Both the position numbers and the translations under genes were made by a program. This document shows positions 16,598 through 25,040 of a DNA stretch of 64,000 nucleotides, one piece after another. The notes under the pieces are model-generated. The model did not search any database. It was not told the DNA's origin and saw only the letters and a program-made list of their open reading frames with translations. Numbering within the stretch: the stretch's first letter is position 1; every line of letters starts with the position of its first letter. Origin of the DNA: an archaeon (lineage in GTDB: Archaea > Thermoproteota > Nitrososphaeria > Nitrososphaerales > Gagatemarchaeaceae); NCBI GenBank assembly GCA_021827865.1, contig JAKAUC010000007.1:10981-74980 (forward strand), written 5' to 3'.

Positions 16598-17878
16598 TCA
16601 GCCGAATATGTACACGTAGAAGTATGGTCCGACTATTATCGCGAGAAGGAAGAGCAGCACTGCCATGGTGGCCGCCATGGTGATCCTCATGGCGCCTGCC
16701 TCGGACAGGCGGCCTCTCCCCAGGGCCCCGACCCCGACCCCGAAGGCCTGGCCTCCGTCAAGCGGGAAGATCGGAAGGGAGTTGAAAATTGCGAGGTTGA
16801 AGTTGAGGAAGAACAACCAGTAGAGCACGTTGGCAATGGGGACGAGGGCGCCTCCCAAAGGAGAGGTGTAGAACACCGAGTCGGAGTTTGAGAACGGCAC
16901 CGCCTGCTGGCAGTTCCCTATGTTGAGCGTCGGGATGCATCCGATGTACAGAATGGGGTTGCCGAAGATGTCGGTGTAGCCGGAGACCGCAGAGCGGAGG
17001 CTCCCCTCCGAGACCGAGTTCACTCCGATGTAGGGGTAGCTCGCTAGCGTCTGGTTAGTGCTCGTGTCTATGATTTGCTGGCAGCAGACGAGCTTGATGT
17101 TATTGATCTCCATGACCTGCCCGTCCCTGTAAATCGTGAAGTTGATCGACTCCCCCGCGGTCAGACTCGTGTTCGGGCCCAGTACCATGTCCAAGTTGGT
17201 TATCGGCTTCCCGTTGACGGCGGTCACTATGTCTCCAGGGTGCACCCCACTGTCATAGGCTGGTGTCCCCTGGCCTACCCCAGTTATCCCAGCGCCGCTG
17301 GCCACCGGGGACATGGTGCTGACAATCCCAACGAGCAGCAGCAGGCAGAGCACCGCTAGCACCATGTTGGTCCCTGCCCCCGCCGCAAGGACCCTGGCCG
17401 AGTGCCTCTTCGGCGCCTGCTTGATGGCCGACTCCTCGATGTCGACGAAGGCGCCGATCGGTATCACGAAGAAGAGCAAGATGAGCCCCGAGTTCTTCAC
17501 TGGGATGCCTAGACTCCGGGCTATGACCCCATGGGCGCCCTCGTGCACAACCATCCCTATGACCAGGGCAATCCATCCATACAGGATTGGAATATACGGG
17601 TTCAGCCCCGGTATCCCAAGGTTGACCAGAGGACCGAGGCTCACGATGTTCTGGGCTATCTGTGGGCCCCTCGACGAGATCAGCCCCCTGAACACGCTGA
17701 TGAAGATGAAGAACGCCACCGCCGCCGAAACTGGCATGAGGTAGAGCAAGACCCAGCTGACGGGCTTGGAAATACGACTGCGCCCCATGCTGTCCATGGC
17801 AGAGAGAAACCTCCTCGTCCTGAGCATCAGTATGACCCCATAGTGAAGTTCGAACCTCTTGAAGCCCTCCTGCTCCAT
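16598..17878 (-). CDS. Site-2 protease family (M50) membrane metalloprotease with a PDZ domain
   Basis: HEGAHGVIA (HExxH), PDZ-like GVHPGDIVTAVNGKPI, and NSLPIFPLDGG. Confidence 0.85.
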   Translation of the reverse strand: MEQEGFKRFELHYGVILMLRTRRFLSAMDSMGRSRISKPVSWVLLYLMPVSAAVAFFIFISVFRGLISSRGPQIAQNIVSLGPLVNLGIPGLNPYIPILYGWIALVIGMVVHEGAHGVIARSLGIPVKNSGLILLFFVIPIGAFVDIEESAIKQAPKRHSARVLAAGAGTNMVLAVLCLLLLVGIVSTMSPVASGAGITGVGQGTPAYDSGVHPGDIVTAVNGKPITNLDMVLGPNTSLTAGESINFTIYRDGQVMEINNIKLVCCQQIIDTSTNQTLASYPYIGVNSVSEGSLRSAVSGYTDIFGNPILYIGCIPTLNIGNCQQAVPFSNSDSVFYTSPLGGALVPIANVLYWLFFLNFNLAIFNSLPIFPLDGGQAFGVGVGALGRGRLSEAGAMRITMAATMAVLLFLLAIIVGPYFYVYIFG

Positions 17879-17950
17879 CTCGAAGGCGCCGAGGGCGTTC
17901 TCGCTTTAAGCGTTGATAGCTTAAATCGAAGCCGCCCCGGTTTCAGTCGA

Positions 17951-18907
17951 ATGGGCGGATGTTCGGGCTGCGGAGGGAAGCCCTTCTACACAAGACGCTA
18001 CTCCGGCGAGGTACTTTGCGTCTCATGCTTCAACGACTCCATCGTGGAGAAGACCCGCAGGACCGTCTCGAAGTACAAGATGATACGGCCGCGGGAGAAG
18101 GTAGCGGTCGCTGTCTCTGGTGGAAAGGACAGCCTTTCGCTGCTCAAGGTGCTGACAGGGCTCTACGCGCCGAAGAGGAACAGCATGGTGGCGGTCTCGG
18201 TGGACGAGGGGGTCGCCGGGTACAGGGACGAGGCACTGTCGCACGCCCATTCCCTTGCGAATGAGCTCGGCGTCGAGCACTTGGTCGTCTCATACAAGGA
18301 GATGCTCGGGTTCTCGCTGGATGAAGCCCTGGACTGGAAGGGCGAGCGCGAAGCGTCCTCCTGCAGCTTCTGCGGGGTCTTCAGGCGAAGGGCCATCGAT
18401 GTGGCTGCGCTCAAGGTCGGGGCGTCGGTGGTGGCTACGGCCCACAACCTCGACGACTTCGTCCAGACGTTCATGATGAACCTCATGCACGGCGACGTCA
18501 CCCGACTCGGATGGCTCGATCCAAACCACTCGGACGGCTCGTTCTCCGTAAGGAGGGTCAAACCCTTCATGGAGCTGTACGAGGAGGAGGTCGCCCTCTA
18601 CGCCCACCAGGTGGGTGTCCCATTGCAGAGCGTGAGCTGCCCCTACATGCACGAAGGGCTCAGGAGTGAGGTCAGGGACTACCTCAACATGATGGAGGCG
18701 AATCACCCGGGGCTCAAGAACGTCATGCTGCGCAGCGGCCTCGACGTGATCTCCCACTACTCAGGCTCTCGGGAAAGGCAATCCGTTCCCTGCGCACAGT
18801 GCGGGAAGCCCTCGTCCAGCGGCCTTTGCGGCGTATGCAGGATGAAGGCGGCAGTGGAGGAACACGTTAAAAGCCGCGCTCAACCAACGGCGTTCGGCGG
18901 TGGGTAG
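17951..18907 (+). CDS. PP-loop ATPase, tRNA 2-thiolation protein (TtuA/NcsA family)
   Basis: N-terminal CSGCG...CVSCF, SGGKDS PP-loop, C-terminal CAQCG...CGVCR. The ATG at 17951 is used because the track extension to 17531 is antisense to the S2P gene. Confidence 0.8.
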   Translation: MGGCSGCGGKPFYTRRYSGEVLCVSCFNDSIVEKTRRTVSKYKMIRPREKVAVAVSGGKDSLSLLKVLTGLYAPKRNSMVAVSVDEGVAGYRDEALSHAHSLANELGVEHLVVSYKEMLGFSLDEALDWKGEREASSCSFCGVFRRRAIDVAALKVGASVVATAHNLDDFVQTFMMNLMHGDVTRLGWLDPNHSDGSFSVRRVKPFMELYEEEVALYAHQVGVPLQSVSCPYMHEGLRSEVRDYLNMMEANHPGLKNVMLRSGLDVISHYSGSRERQSVPCAQCGKPSSSGLCGVCRMKAAVEEHVKSRAQPTAFGGG

Positions 18908-19216
18908 GGCCGGGATGGTAGCCGTATCCCAGAGTGCTGAAACCGGCTTCATGCAGCGGCCAGCAACCCTCGGGTAAAGCCATCTTCCCCGTCACCCGCG
19001 CCGGGCTGGGGAGACGAACTCACGCCGGGGTGGGCGGTCATGAGGGGCAGCCCTCTCGAAGGAGAGGGCCTGACTCTTGATTGCCGAACCGGGCGAGATC
19101 CGGGAGGGAGCAGCCCTATGGCGACGTGGCCACGCTGCCTCGTCTACGTGGGGGATCCCTGGCCCGACGAGATGGGGGCGGAGAGTGATGGTGAGCTCCG
19201 GGGGATCTACCGCCGC
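18896..19216 (+). ncRNA. ffs: Signal recognition particle RNA (archaeal 7S/SRP RNA), about 320 nt
   Basis: The 5' GGCGGTGGGTAGGGCC pairs with the 3' ...CTACCGCC. The conserved helix-8-like block GATCCGGGAGGGAGCAGCC resembles the CCCGGAAGGGAGCA I recall from methanogen SRP RNA. A T-run follows (cacgttttt). Confidence 0.65.
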
Positions 19217-19254
19217 TCACGTTTTTAACACTCCGAAATCGCTGGTCACCTCGC

Positions 19255-19392
19255 GCAGGGGTAGCCTAGAGTCCTGGACGGGGAGCCTGGTAAGGCGCAG
19301 CCAGATGGGCGCAAGCTTGCTAAGCCTGTGTCTCTAACGGGACTCGTGGGTTCGAATCCCGCCTAAGGCGGGCGATAGTCCCACCCCCTGCG
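19255..19392 (+). tRNA. tRNA-Ser(GCU), class II, interrupted by three introns (D-loop about 19270-19285, anticodon stem 29/30 about 19301-19314, T-arm about 19358-19379)
   Basis: Hand fold. Acceptor GCAGGGG/CCCCTGC with discriminator G. After removing 16+14+22 nt the arms are as follows: D arm GCCT-AGCCTGGTA-AGGC; anticodon arm CAGGC-TTGCTAA-GCCTG; long variable arm TGTCTCTAACGGGACTC; T arm GTGGG-TTCGAAT-CCCAC. The mature length is 86 nt. Confidence 0.65.
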
Positions 19393-19464
19393 CTCTCCTC
19401 TCCTTGGGACCATCACCCACGCCCCCACGAGGCTTCTTTCAGCGGCTCGCTTCTGCCGACAGGG

Positions 19465-20742
19465 TCAGCCCAGCTCTCGTCCCGCGTACCCGGCCTTCGA
19501 CCTCAACTCTTCCTCGATCCGCAGTAGCTCGTTGTACTTCGCCACCCTCTCGCCCCTCGCGGGAGCACCCGTCTTGATGAAGTCCGCCCCGAAAGCAGTC
19601 GCCAGGTGCGCTATGAACGGGTCTTCGGTCTCCCCTGACCGGTGTGAGACCACGGGGGTCCACCCCGCCGCGCGGGCAAGGCCGATGGCATCCTCGGTCT
19701 CGGACACTGTGCCTATCTGGTTCAGCTTGATCAGGACGGCATTGGTTGCCTTCTTCTCGATGCCCAACTTTATCCTCGCAACGTTGGTCACATAGATGTC
19801 GTCCCCGATGACTTTGGTGCTGCGTCCCAGTCTCTTCGTGATCGATGCGAAGTCGTCGAAGGCCTCCTCATGGAAGGGGTCCTCAATGGTGAGCAGGCCG
19901 AACTCGTCCCTCAGCCGGGCGTAGTGGTCTTCGAGGGCTTCACCGCTCATCGCATGGCCGTCCAGCGTGTACCTTCCGCTCTTCTCGTCATAGAATGTGG
20001 AAGCTGCAGCGTCAATGCCCAGCTTGACCTCCTTCTCGCTGTAGCCGGAGGCTGAAACGGCTTTGCGGATGGACCCCAGGGCTTCGCGTGTAAGCCTGAA
20101 CGGGGGGGCGAAGCCGCCTTCGTCGCCTACATTGATGGCCCCCCTGCCATGCTCCGACACGAGGATCGCCTTCAGGGAGTGGTAGACCTCCGACCCCATC
20201 CTGATCGCCTCAGCGCACGACGACGCCCCCACCGGTTCGATGAGGAACTCCTGCACAGCCAGGTCGTTGCCTGCGTGCTCCCCGCCGTTGATCACGTTCA
20301 TCATGGGCACGGGGAGAATGTACCGGCCTGACTTCCTCAGCTGGACGAAGAGGCTCACTCCATTCGAGTTGGCGGCTGCCTTCGCCGAAGCCATGGAGAC
20401 GGCAAGTATCGCGTTGGCTCCCAGCTTGCTCTTGTCCGGAGTGCCGTCCAACGAAATCATCTTGTGGTCCAGGCGCCGCTGGTCGTCGACGCGAAGACCC
20501 ACGACGCCGCGGCGGAGCGCGCCTCTGACGTTGCCCACCGCCTTCGCCACGCCCATCCCATGGAACCTCTCCCCCCCGTCTCTGAGCTCGAGCGCTTCGT
20601 GCCTCCCCTTCGACGCCCCAGAGGGGACGCTCGCCCTCCCCATGGCGCGGCCTGACTCAACCTCGGCCTCGACGGTGGGGTTTCCGCGCGAATCTAGGAC
20701 CTGCCTCGCCCTGACGTCCAGGATGTTTGTCTTGACTGCCAT
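19465..20742 (-). CDS. eno: Enolase (phosphopyruvate hydratase)
   Basis: ILDSRGNPTVE...SGASKGRHEALELRD...IKLNQIGTVSET...SHRSGETED. Confidence 0.95.
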   Translation of the reverse strand: MAVKTNILDVRARQVLDSRGNPTVEAEVESGRAMGRASVPSGASKGRHEALELRDGGERFHGMGVAKAVGNVRGALRRGVVGLRVDDQRRLDHKMISLDGTPDKSKLGANAILAVSMASAKAAANSNGVSLFVQLRKSGRYILPVPMMNVINGGEHAGNDLAVQEFLIEPVGASSCAEAIRMGSEVYHSLKAILVSEHGRGAINVGDEGGFAPPFRLTREALGSIRKAVSASGYSEKEVKLGIDAAASTFYDEKSGRYTLDGHAMSGEALEDHYARLRDEFGLLTIEDPFHEEAFDDFASITKRLGRSTKVIGDDIYVTNVARIKLGIEKKATNAVLIKLNQIGTVSETEDAIGLARAAGWTPVVSHRSGETEDPFIAHLATAFGADFIKTGAPARGERVAKYNELLRIEEELRSKAGYAGRELG

Positions 20743-20834
20743 GAATCCCCCTGGAGGCGCGGACCAGGGCGTTAAAACCTAGTTCCCGGCGCGAAGCTCC
20801 AAGCTTATTACACGTCGAAAACTCGCACGAAAAC

Positions 20835-20925
20835 GGGCCGGTCGTCTAGCATGGTTAGGACGTCGCCCTTACACGGCGAAACGCTCCGCGCGCCAGGGTC
20901 GGTGGTTCGAATCCGCCCCGGCCCA
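20835..20925 (+). tRNA. tRNA-Val(UAC) with a 16-nt intron in the variable loop (about 20881-20896)
   Basis: GGGCCGG/CCGGCCC, D arm GTCT-AGCATGGTTA-GGAC, and an intact anticodon arm TCGCC-CTTACAC-GGCGA. There are 21 nt before T arm GGTGG-TTCGAAT-CCGCC where 5 are expected. Confidence 0.75.
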
Positions 20926-20991
20926 TATTAGCAAATCCCAGCAAAGTCGACCTCGAACGGTTATCTATCCAGAGGCCCCGCCTAGGCACAG

Positions 20992-21483
20992 ATGCCCAAC
21001 TTCAGGTACATCAGCTGGTCCGAGTACGGCAACCTGGCCGAGGCCCTGGCCGAGAAGGTCAGAGCCAACGGGAAGCGTTACGACCTCGTCGTTGGCATAG
21101 CCCGAGGGGGCATCCCCGTGGCCATGGTCGTGTCAGACCACCTGAACGTCAAGATAGACTTTGTGAACGTGAAGTCCTACAACGACATCGGCAAGCGGAC
21201 CGCCCCACGGATTCTCTCCACCCTCGTGGAGGGGGTCGAAGGCAAGGACGTGCTGCTCGTCGACGACCTCGTCGACCAAGGCGACACCATGGTCTTCCTC
21301 AAAAAGTACCTCAGCGACCAGAAGCCGAAGTCGCTGGAGACCGCCGTGATGTTCAAGAAGCCTTGGAGCAAGGCTGAGCCGGACTACTACCTCGAGACGG
21401 TGTCAGAGTGGATCGTCTTCCCCTTCGAGCTGGGGGAGGTGGGGAGACAGCGGGCCTCCCTGGACGCTCAGCCTAGAGAGTGA
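20992..21483 (+). CDS. Purine phosphoribosyltransferase (hypoxanthine/xanthine-guanine PRT-like)
   Basis: VVGIARGGIPVA and the PRPP motif VLLVDDLVDQGDTM. Confidence 0.75.
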   Translation: MPNFRYISWSEYGNLAEALAEKVRANGKRYDLVVGIARGGIPVAMVVSDHLNVKIDFVNVKSYNDIGKRTAPRILSTLVEGVEGKDVLLVDDLVDQGDTMVFLKKYLSDQKPKSLETAVMFKKPWSKAEPDYYLETVSEWIVFPFELGEVGRQRASLDAQPRE

Positions 21484-22714
21484 GCAGCAGGTAGACGTTC
21501 AGGGCCAGGATGGTCCCCCCCACGGCCAAGGCAATGAGGGTGGTGGACTTCCTGTTGACGAACTCGCCCATAAGCTCCTTCTTGGCTGTGTAGTATAGCA
21601 GGGGAACCATGGGGAGAGGGATCATGATGCTCAGTATCACTTGACTGTACACCAGGAGCGAAAGCGGGCTAAGGCCCGCGACTATGGCCGCGACCGTGGG
21701 GAACACGTTGATGACCCTGGTGACTATCCTCCTGAAGTAGGGGTTGATCTTCATCCCCAGCATCCCTTCCATAATCGCCTGGCCCGCCAGAGTCCCCGTG
21801 GTGGACGACGCAATCCCAGAGGACAGGAGCGTCACTCCGAATACGATCCCAGCCAGCGGGCCGTAGAGCCCGTCCATTACCTTCGCCGCCCCCGTGACCG
21901 TCAGCGCGTTGATGTCAGTGTTACCGATGCAGCCATACACGGGACAGAGAGCCTTTCCAGCGACTACCAGTATGGCCGCATTCACCAGCGCTGCCACCGT
22001 CAGAGTGACGACGCACTCGGTCAGATGGAGCTTCCTCACTCTCCTCTTCTCTTCGAGGGTGCTCTCCTTGAGTTTCTCCTTTGTAAGATGCGAGTGGAGG
22101 AACAACGCGTGAGGCATGACCGTGGCCCCGACTATCCCGACCACGAAGGGGATATTCTCCCTATTCAGCGTCGGGACGAAGGTGTGCCTGACTATGTCGG
22201 CCAGGTTGGGACCAAAGACGTAGAGTTCATAGAGGAAGCCGACGCTGATAACAGAGACGAAGAGCATGAACGCATACTCTATCACCCTGAACCTCCTCGA
22301 AGCGAAAGCGAGGATGATCAGTACGTCGAATGCTCCCAGCACCGCCGCGTATAGCAGCGGGATGCCGAAGAGAATGTTGAGAGCGAGGACCGTGCCTAGG
22401 TACTCGGCCAAGTCGGTAGCGGCCGCAGCGGCCTCGGCAGCCAGCCAGTACGTGAGCCTGTAGTACCTCGAGTGCAACGACCCCCTCAGGAGCTCCATCA
22501 GGCTCCGCCCGGTGGCGATTCCCAGCTTCCCCGAGAGGTACTGGAGCTCCATTGCCATGAGGCTGGCCATCCAAACCGTCCAGACGAGCTCGTTCCGGAA
22601 GAGAGCGCCACTCTGAATGGCCGTCCCATAGTTCCCCGGATCCATGTAGGCCATGCTCACGATGAGCGCTGGCCCAAGGTAGGCGAAGAACTCGCGGGCT
22701 GAACTCCACCTCAT
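21473..22714 (-). CDS. mntH: NRAMP-family divalent metal (Mn2+/Fe2+) transporter
   Basis: GPALIVSMAYMDPGNYGT...VMPHALFLHS.... About 11 TM segments. Confidence 0.9.
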   Translation of the reverse strand: MRWSSAREFFAYLGPALIVSMAYMDPGNYGTAIQSGALFRNELVWTVWMASLMAMELQYLSGKLGIATGRSLMELLRGSLHSRYYRLTYWLAAEAAAAATDLAEYLGTVLALNILFGIPLLYAAVLGAFDVLIILAFASRRFRVIEYAFMLFVSVISVGFLYELYVFGPNLADIVRHTFVPTLNRENIPFVVGIVGATVMPHALFLHSHLTKEKLKESTLEEKRRVRKLHLTECVVTLTVAALVNAAILVVAGKALCPVYGCIGNTDINALTVTGAAKVMDGLYGPLAGIVFGVTLLSSGIASSTTGTLAGQAIMEGMLGMKINPYFRRIVTRVINVFPTVAAIVAGLSPLSLLVYSQVILSIMIPLPMVPLLYYTAKKELMGEFVNRKSTTLIALAVGGTILALNVYLLLTL

Positions 22715-22746
22715 CCTCGGCGTCGACGGAGTGGTGGCTACTTAAA

Positions 22747-22762
22747 GTTAGATAAATCTAAC
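22747..22762. promoter_or_regulatory. Perfect palindrome GTTAGAT-AA-ATCTAAC in the mntH / DtxR-family regulator divergent spacer (putative metalloregulator operator)
   Basis: Read directly. The TTAG/CTAA half-sites resemble the DtxR/IdeR consensus. Confidence 0.5.
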
Positions 22763-22854
22763 AAAACTAAGCACACCTCACAAATGTCCATCCATGAAAC
22801 TCGTGGGCACCCGAGAATCTTTTTATCGGGAGCTCAGGGTTCCGACCCACGGGC

Positions 22855-23292
22855 ATGGCGGCGCTGCTGCAGTCGAAGCGGGACATCTCGCGGCTGGAGG
22901 ACTATCTGGAGGCAATCTACAACCTCAACTCCGAGAAGGGGTATGTCAACGCAGCTGACGTCTCCGAGAAGCTAGGGGTGAGACCGCCGACGGTGTCCAG
23001 CATGGTGCGGAACCTCACGCGGAAGGGCTTCCTCGAGCACGAGAGGTATCGAGGGATGAGCCTCACACCTGCCGGGGAGAAAGTGGCGAAGTCTGTAATC
23101 AAGAGGCACCGGGTCATCTCTGGTTTCATCTCCATGCTCGGGGTAGATGAGCAGACCGCATACGTCGACACTGAAGGGATAGAGCATCACGTGCATCCCA
23201 GCACCCTGAGGCGGCTCGAAAGGCTCGCCGAGTACCTCCGCGAGAATCCCCAGACGCTAAGGGCGATACAAGACTTCGTGGAAGAGAAATAG
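22855..23292 (+). CDS. DtxR/MntR-family metal-dependent transcriptional repressor
   Basis: RLEDYLEAIYNLNSEKGYV...LGVRPPTVSSMVRNLTRKGFLEHERYRGMSLTPAGE...RHRV. Confidence 0.85.
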   Translation: MAALLQSKRDISRLEDYLEAIYNLNSEKGYVNAADVSEKLGVRPPTVSSMVRNLTRKGFLEHERYRGMSLTPAGEKVAKSVIKRHRVISGFISMLGVDEQTAYVDTEGIEHHVHPSTLRRLERLAEYLRENPQTLRAIQDFVEEK

Positions 23293-23296
23293 CGGC

Positions 23297-23902
23297 TCAG
23301 GCGCCCTGGGCGTCCACCAGCACCGAGCTGAGAACCCGGTGGGTCAGGCCCCAGACGACGTAGTCCCCCACCAGGTACGCCGGCATCTCCATGGTCCTCC
23401 CCTGGGACTCGAACTTGTGCACGGATCTGGCGCGGGGGGCGTAGAACTCCTGGACCCCAACCCAGCGGTAGGATGCCACCTCGTCGTTGGGCTTGACCTC
23501 CACCCCAACCTTCAGCTCGAAGACGGCGGGGACCACCTCCATCGTCCCGGTGTGCGTAGTCGTAGCCTTCCCATATCCAAGGAACTCCGCCCTGGCGCCG
23601 AGGTCGATCCCTACCTCTTCGAACGTCTCTCGCATCGCGGTGTCGCGGTGGGTCCTGTCATTGATAGAGGCCTTCCCGCCAGGCAGCGCTATCTGGCCGG
23701 ACCAGGGGTCCCCGGGTCGCTCTGCCCTCTTGATGAGGAGGACGCTGGCAGGCTCCCCCGCACGAAGTATCACCGCAACCGAAGCCGAGCTCAGTCCCTT
23801 CGAGGCGGGTTCGCCCTTGACGAGGTTCATGGCGACCTTCGAAATGAAATCGTCCAAGGCACTGCTTCTCTCCTCCAATTTTAAATATACAGCGTGACCC
23901 AC
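23297..23902 (-). CDS. NUDIX hydrolase (CoA pyrophosphatase-like)
   Basis: Nudix box LPGGKASINDRTHRDTAMRETFEEVG. Confidence 0.75.
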   Translation of the reverse strand: MGHAVYLKLEERSSALDDFISKVAMNLVKGEPASKGLSSASVAVILRAGEPASVLLIKRAERPGDPWSGQIALPGGKASINDRTHRDTAMRETFEEVGIDLGARAEFLGYGKATTTHTGTMEVVPAVFELKVGVEVKPNDEVASYRWVGVQEFYAPRARSVHKFESQGRTMEMPAYLVGDYVVWGLTHRVLSSVLVDAQGA

Positions 23903-23910
23903 AGGCTGAG

Positions 23911-24279
23911 TTGCCTGATATCATGTCCCATGAATCTAGTCGGACCGAACTCACCGTAAAACTGACTGAAGAGAACTTCGACGATGCTGTCTCTGGGCCC
24001 ACGCCCGTGTTCGTGGACTATTGGGCCGTATGGTGCGGGCCGTGCAGGATCATGGACCCTGTGGTTGAGAAGCTTGCGGCGAAGTACTTTGGAAGAGTGC
24101 TCTTCGGGAAGGTGAACGTCGACGAAGAGATGAACATCTCTTCCCGATTCCAGGTCTTCTCCATCCCGACGTTCATGATATTCAAGAACGGGCAGCCGAT
24201 GGACGCGGTCATCGGGGCCGTGGGAGAGGCATCTCTGGAGAAGCTCATCACCGGCGCCATCGGCACCGGGACCCCATGA
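23911..24279 (+). CDS. trxA: Thioredoxin
   Basis: VDYWAVWCGPCRIM...FSIPTFMIFKNGQ. Confidence 0.9.
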   Translation: MPDIMSHESSRTELTVKLTEENFDDAVSGPTPVFVDYWAVWCGPCRIMDPVVEKLAAKYFGRVLFGKVNVDEEMNISSRFQVFSIPTFMIFKNGQPMDAVIGAVGEASLEKLITGAIGTGTP

Positions 24280-24280
24280 C

Positions 24281-25039
24281 CTAGGTCACCCTGGTCCCAT
24301 CTGTCAGGAATATGTCTGCCTCTTCGAGGCTTATCGACCTCGAGGATAGGACGGGCCCGAACTCGAACGACCTGCTCCTGTTGATAGGCTGTCCGCCGAC
24401 CAGCCTGTTGAAGGGGGGCATCACCGTCAGCCTACCCTTCCCCCGGAGCTTGGAGGGGTACCCTGCCCCCTCCATCAGCTTGGCGACGTCGTAGTCAGCG
24501 GTCACCCACACCGACTCCCTCGTCCTGGCGCCCATGCCGTCACGCATCTCGTAGGTGAAGTGGGAGTGGCCTATGACGAGGTTCCTCGTCGCAATGGCTT
24601 CCTCCGAGGGCCAGGCATGCCCGTGGGCAACCCCGATCTGCTTCCGCCCCTCGCCCAAGGTGGTCCCCTGAGACCTGTCCAGTTTCACGCGCGGGGGGAG
24701 GACCGTCTTGATGTTCCCGTCGTGGTTCCCCGGGACGACCTCCACGACCTCGAAGAGGTCCAGCATGGTGTCGAAGAACCACGGGACCGCCCCCCAGTCT
24801 ATGTCCTCCACCTTGCCGACCGTGTGCTTGACGTCTCCCAACACGACCAGCCTTGTTGTCGAATACTCCTCAGCAGCCCGCTTCACCCTCTCAACCATCC
24901 TCACCGAGTAGGCGGGTAGGCGGAAGCCTTTCTTCGCCATCTCCTTCTCCAGGCCGAGGTGCAGGTCGGATATCAGCAGGGTCTTGCTCTCGGCCGTAGA
25001 GAACACTAGCGCGGCTTCTCCGGGGACTATCTTCAGCAA
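24281..25039 (-). CDS. Calcineurin-like metallophosphoesterase (MPE / SbcD-like; Lhr- or ligase-associated type)
   Basis: ISDLHLG...VLGDVKH...VPGNHDG...HGH...GHSH metal-binding motifs. Confidence 0.8.
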   Translation of the reverse strand: MLKIVPGEAALVFSTAESKTLLISDLHLGLEKEMAKKGFRLPAYSVRMVERVKRAAEEYSTTRLVVLGDVKHTVGKVEDIDWGAVPWFFDTMLDLFEVVEVVPGNHDGNIKTVLPPRVKLDRSQGTTLGEGRKQIGVAHGHAWPSEEAIATRNLVIGHSHFTYEMRDGMGARTRESVWVTADYDVAKLMEGAGYPSKLRGKGRLTVMPPFNRLVGGQPINRSRSFEFGPVLSSRSISLEEADIFLTDGTRVT

Positions 25040-25040
25040 G

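Noticed and set aside
17531-17950. N-terminal 140-codon extension of the TtuA-like ORF
   Set aside because: It overlaps the S2P protease gene on the opposite strand. The conserved Zn-finger N-terminus starts at the ATG at 17951.
19311-19320. 10-nt palindrome GCAAGCTTGC inside the tRNA-Ser locus
   Set aside because: It is explained by the junction of the anticodon-stem intron with the exon. It is not an independent regulatory palindrome.
21641-22354. 237-aa plus-strand ORF opposite mntH
   Set aside because: It is antisense to an NRAMP transporter. It is highly charged and Arg-rich, consistent with a shadow ORF.
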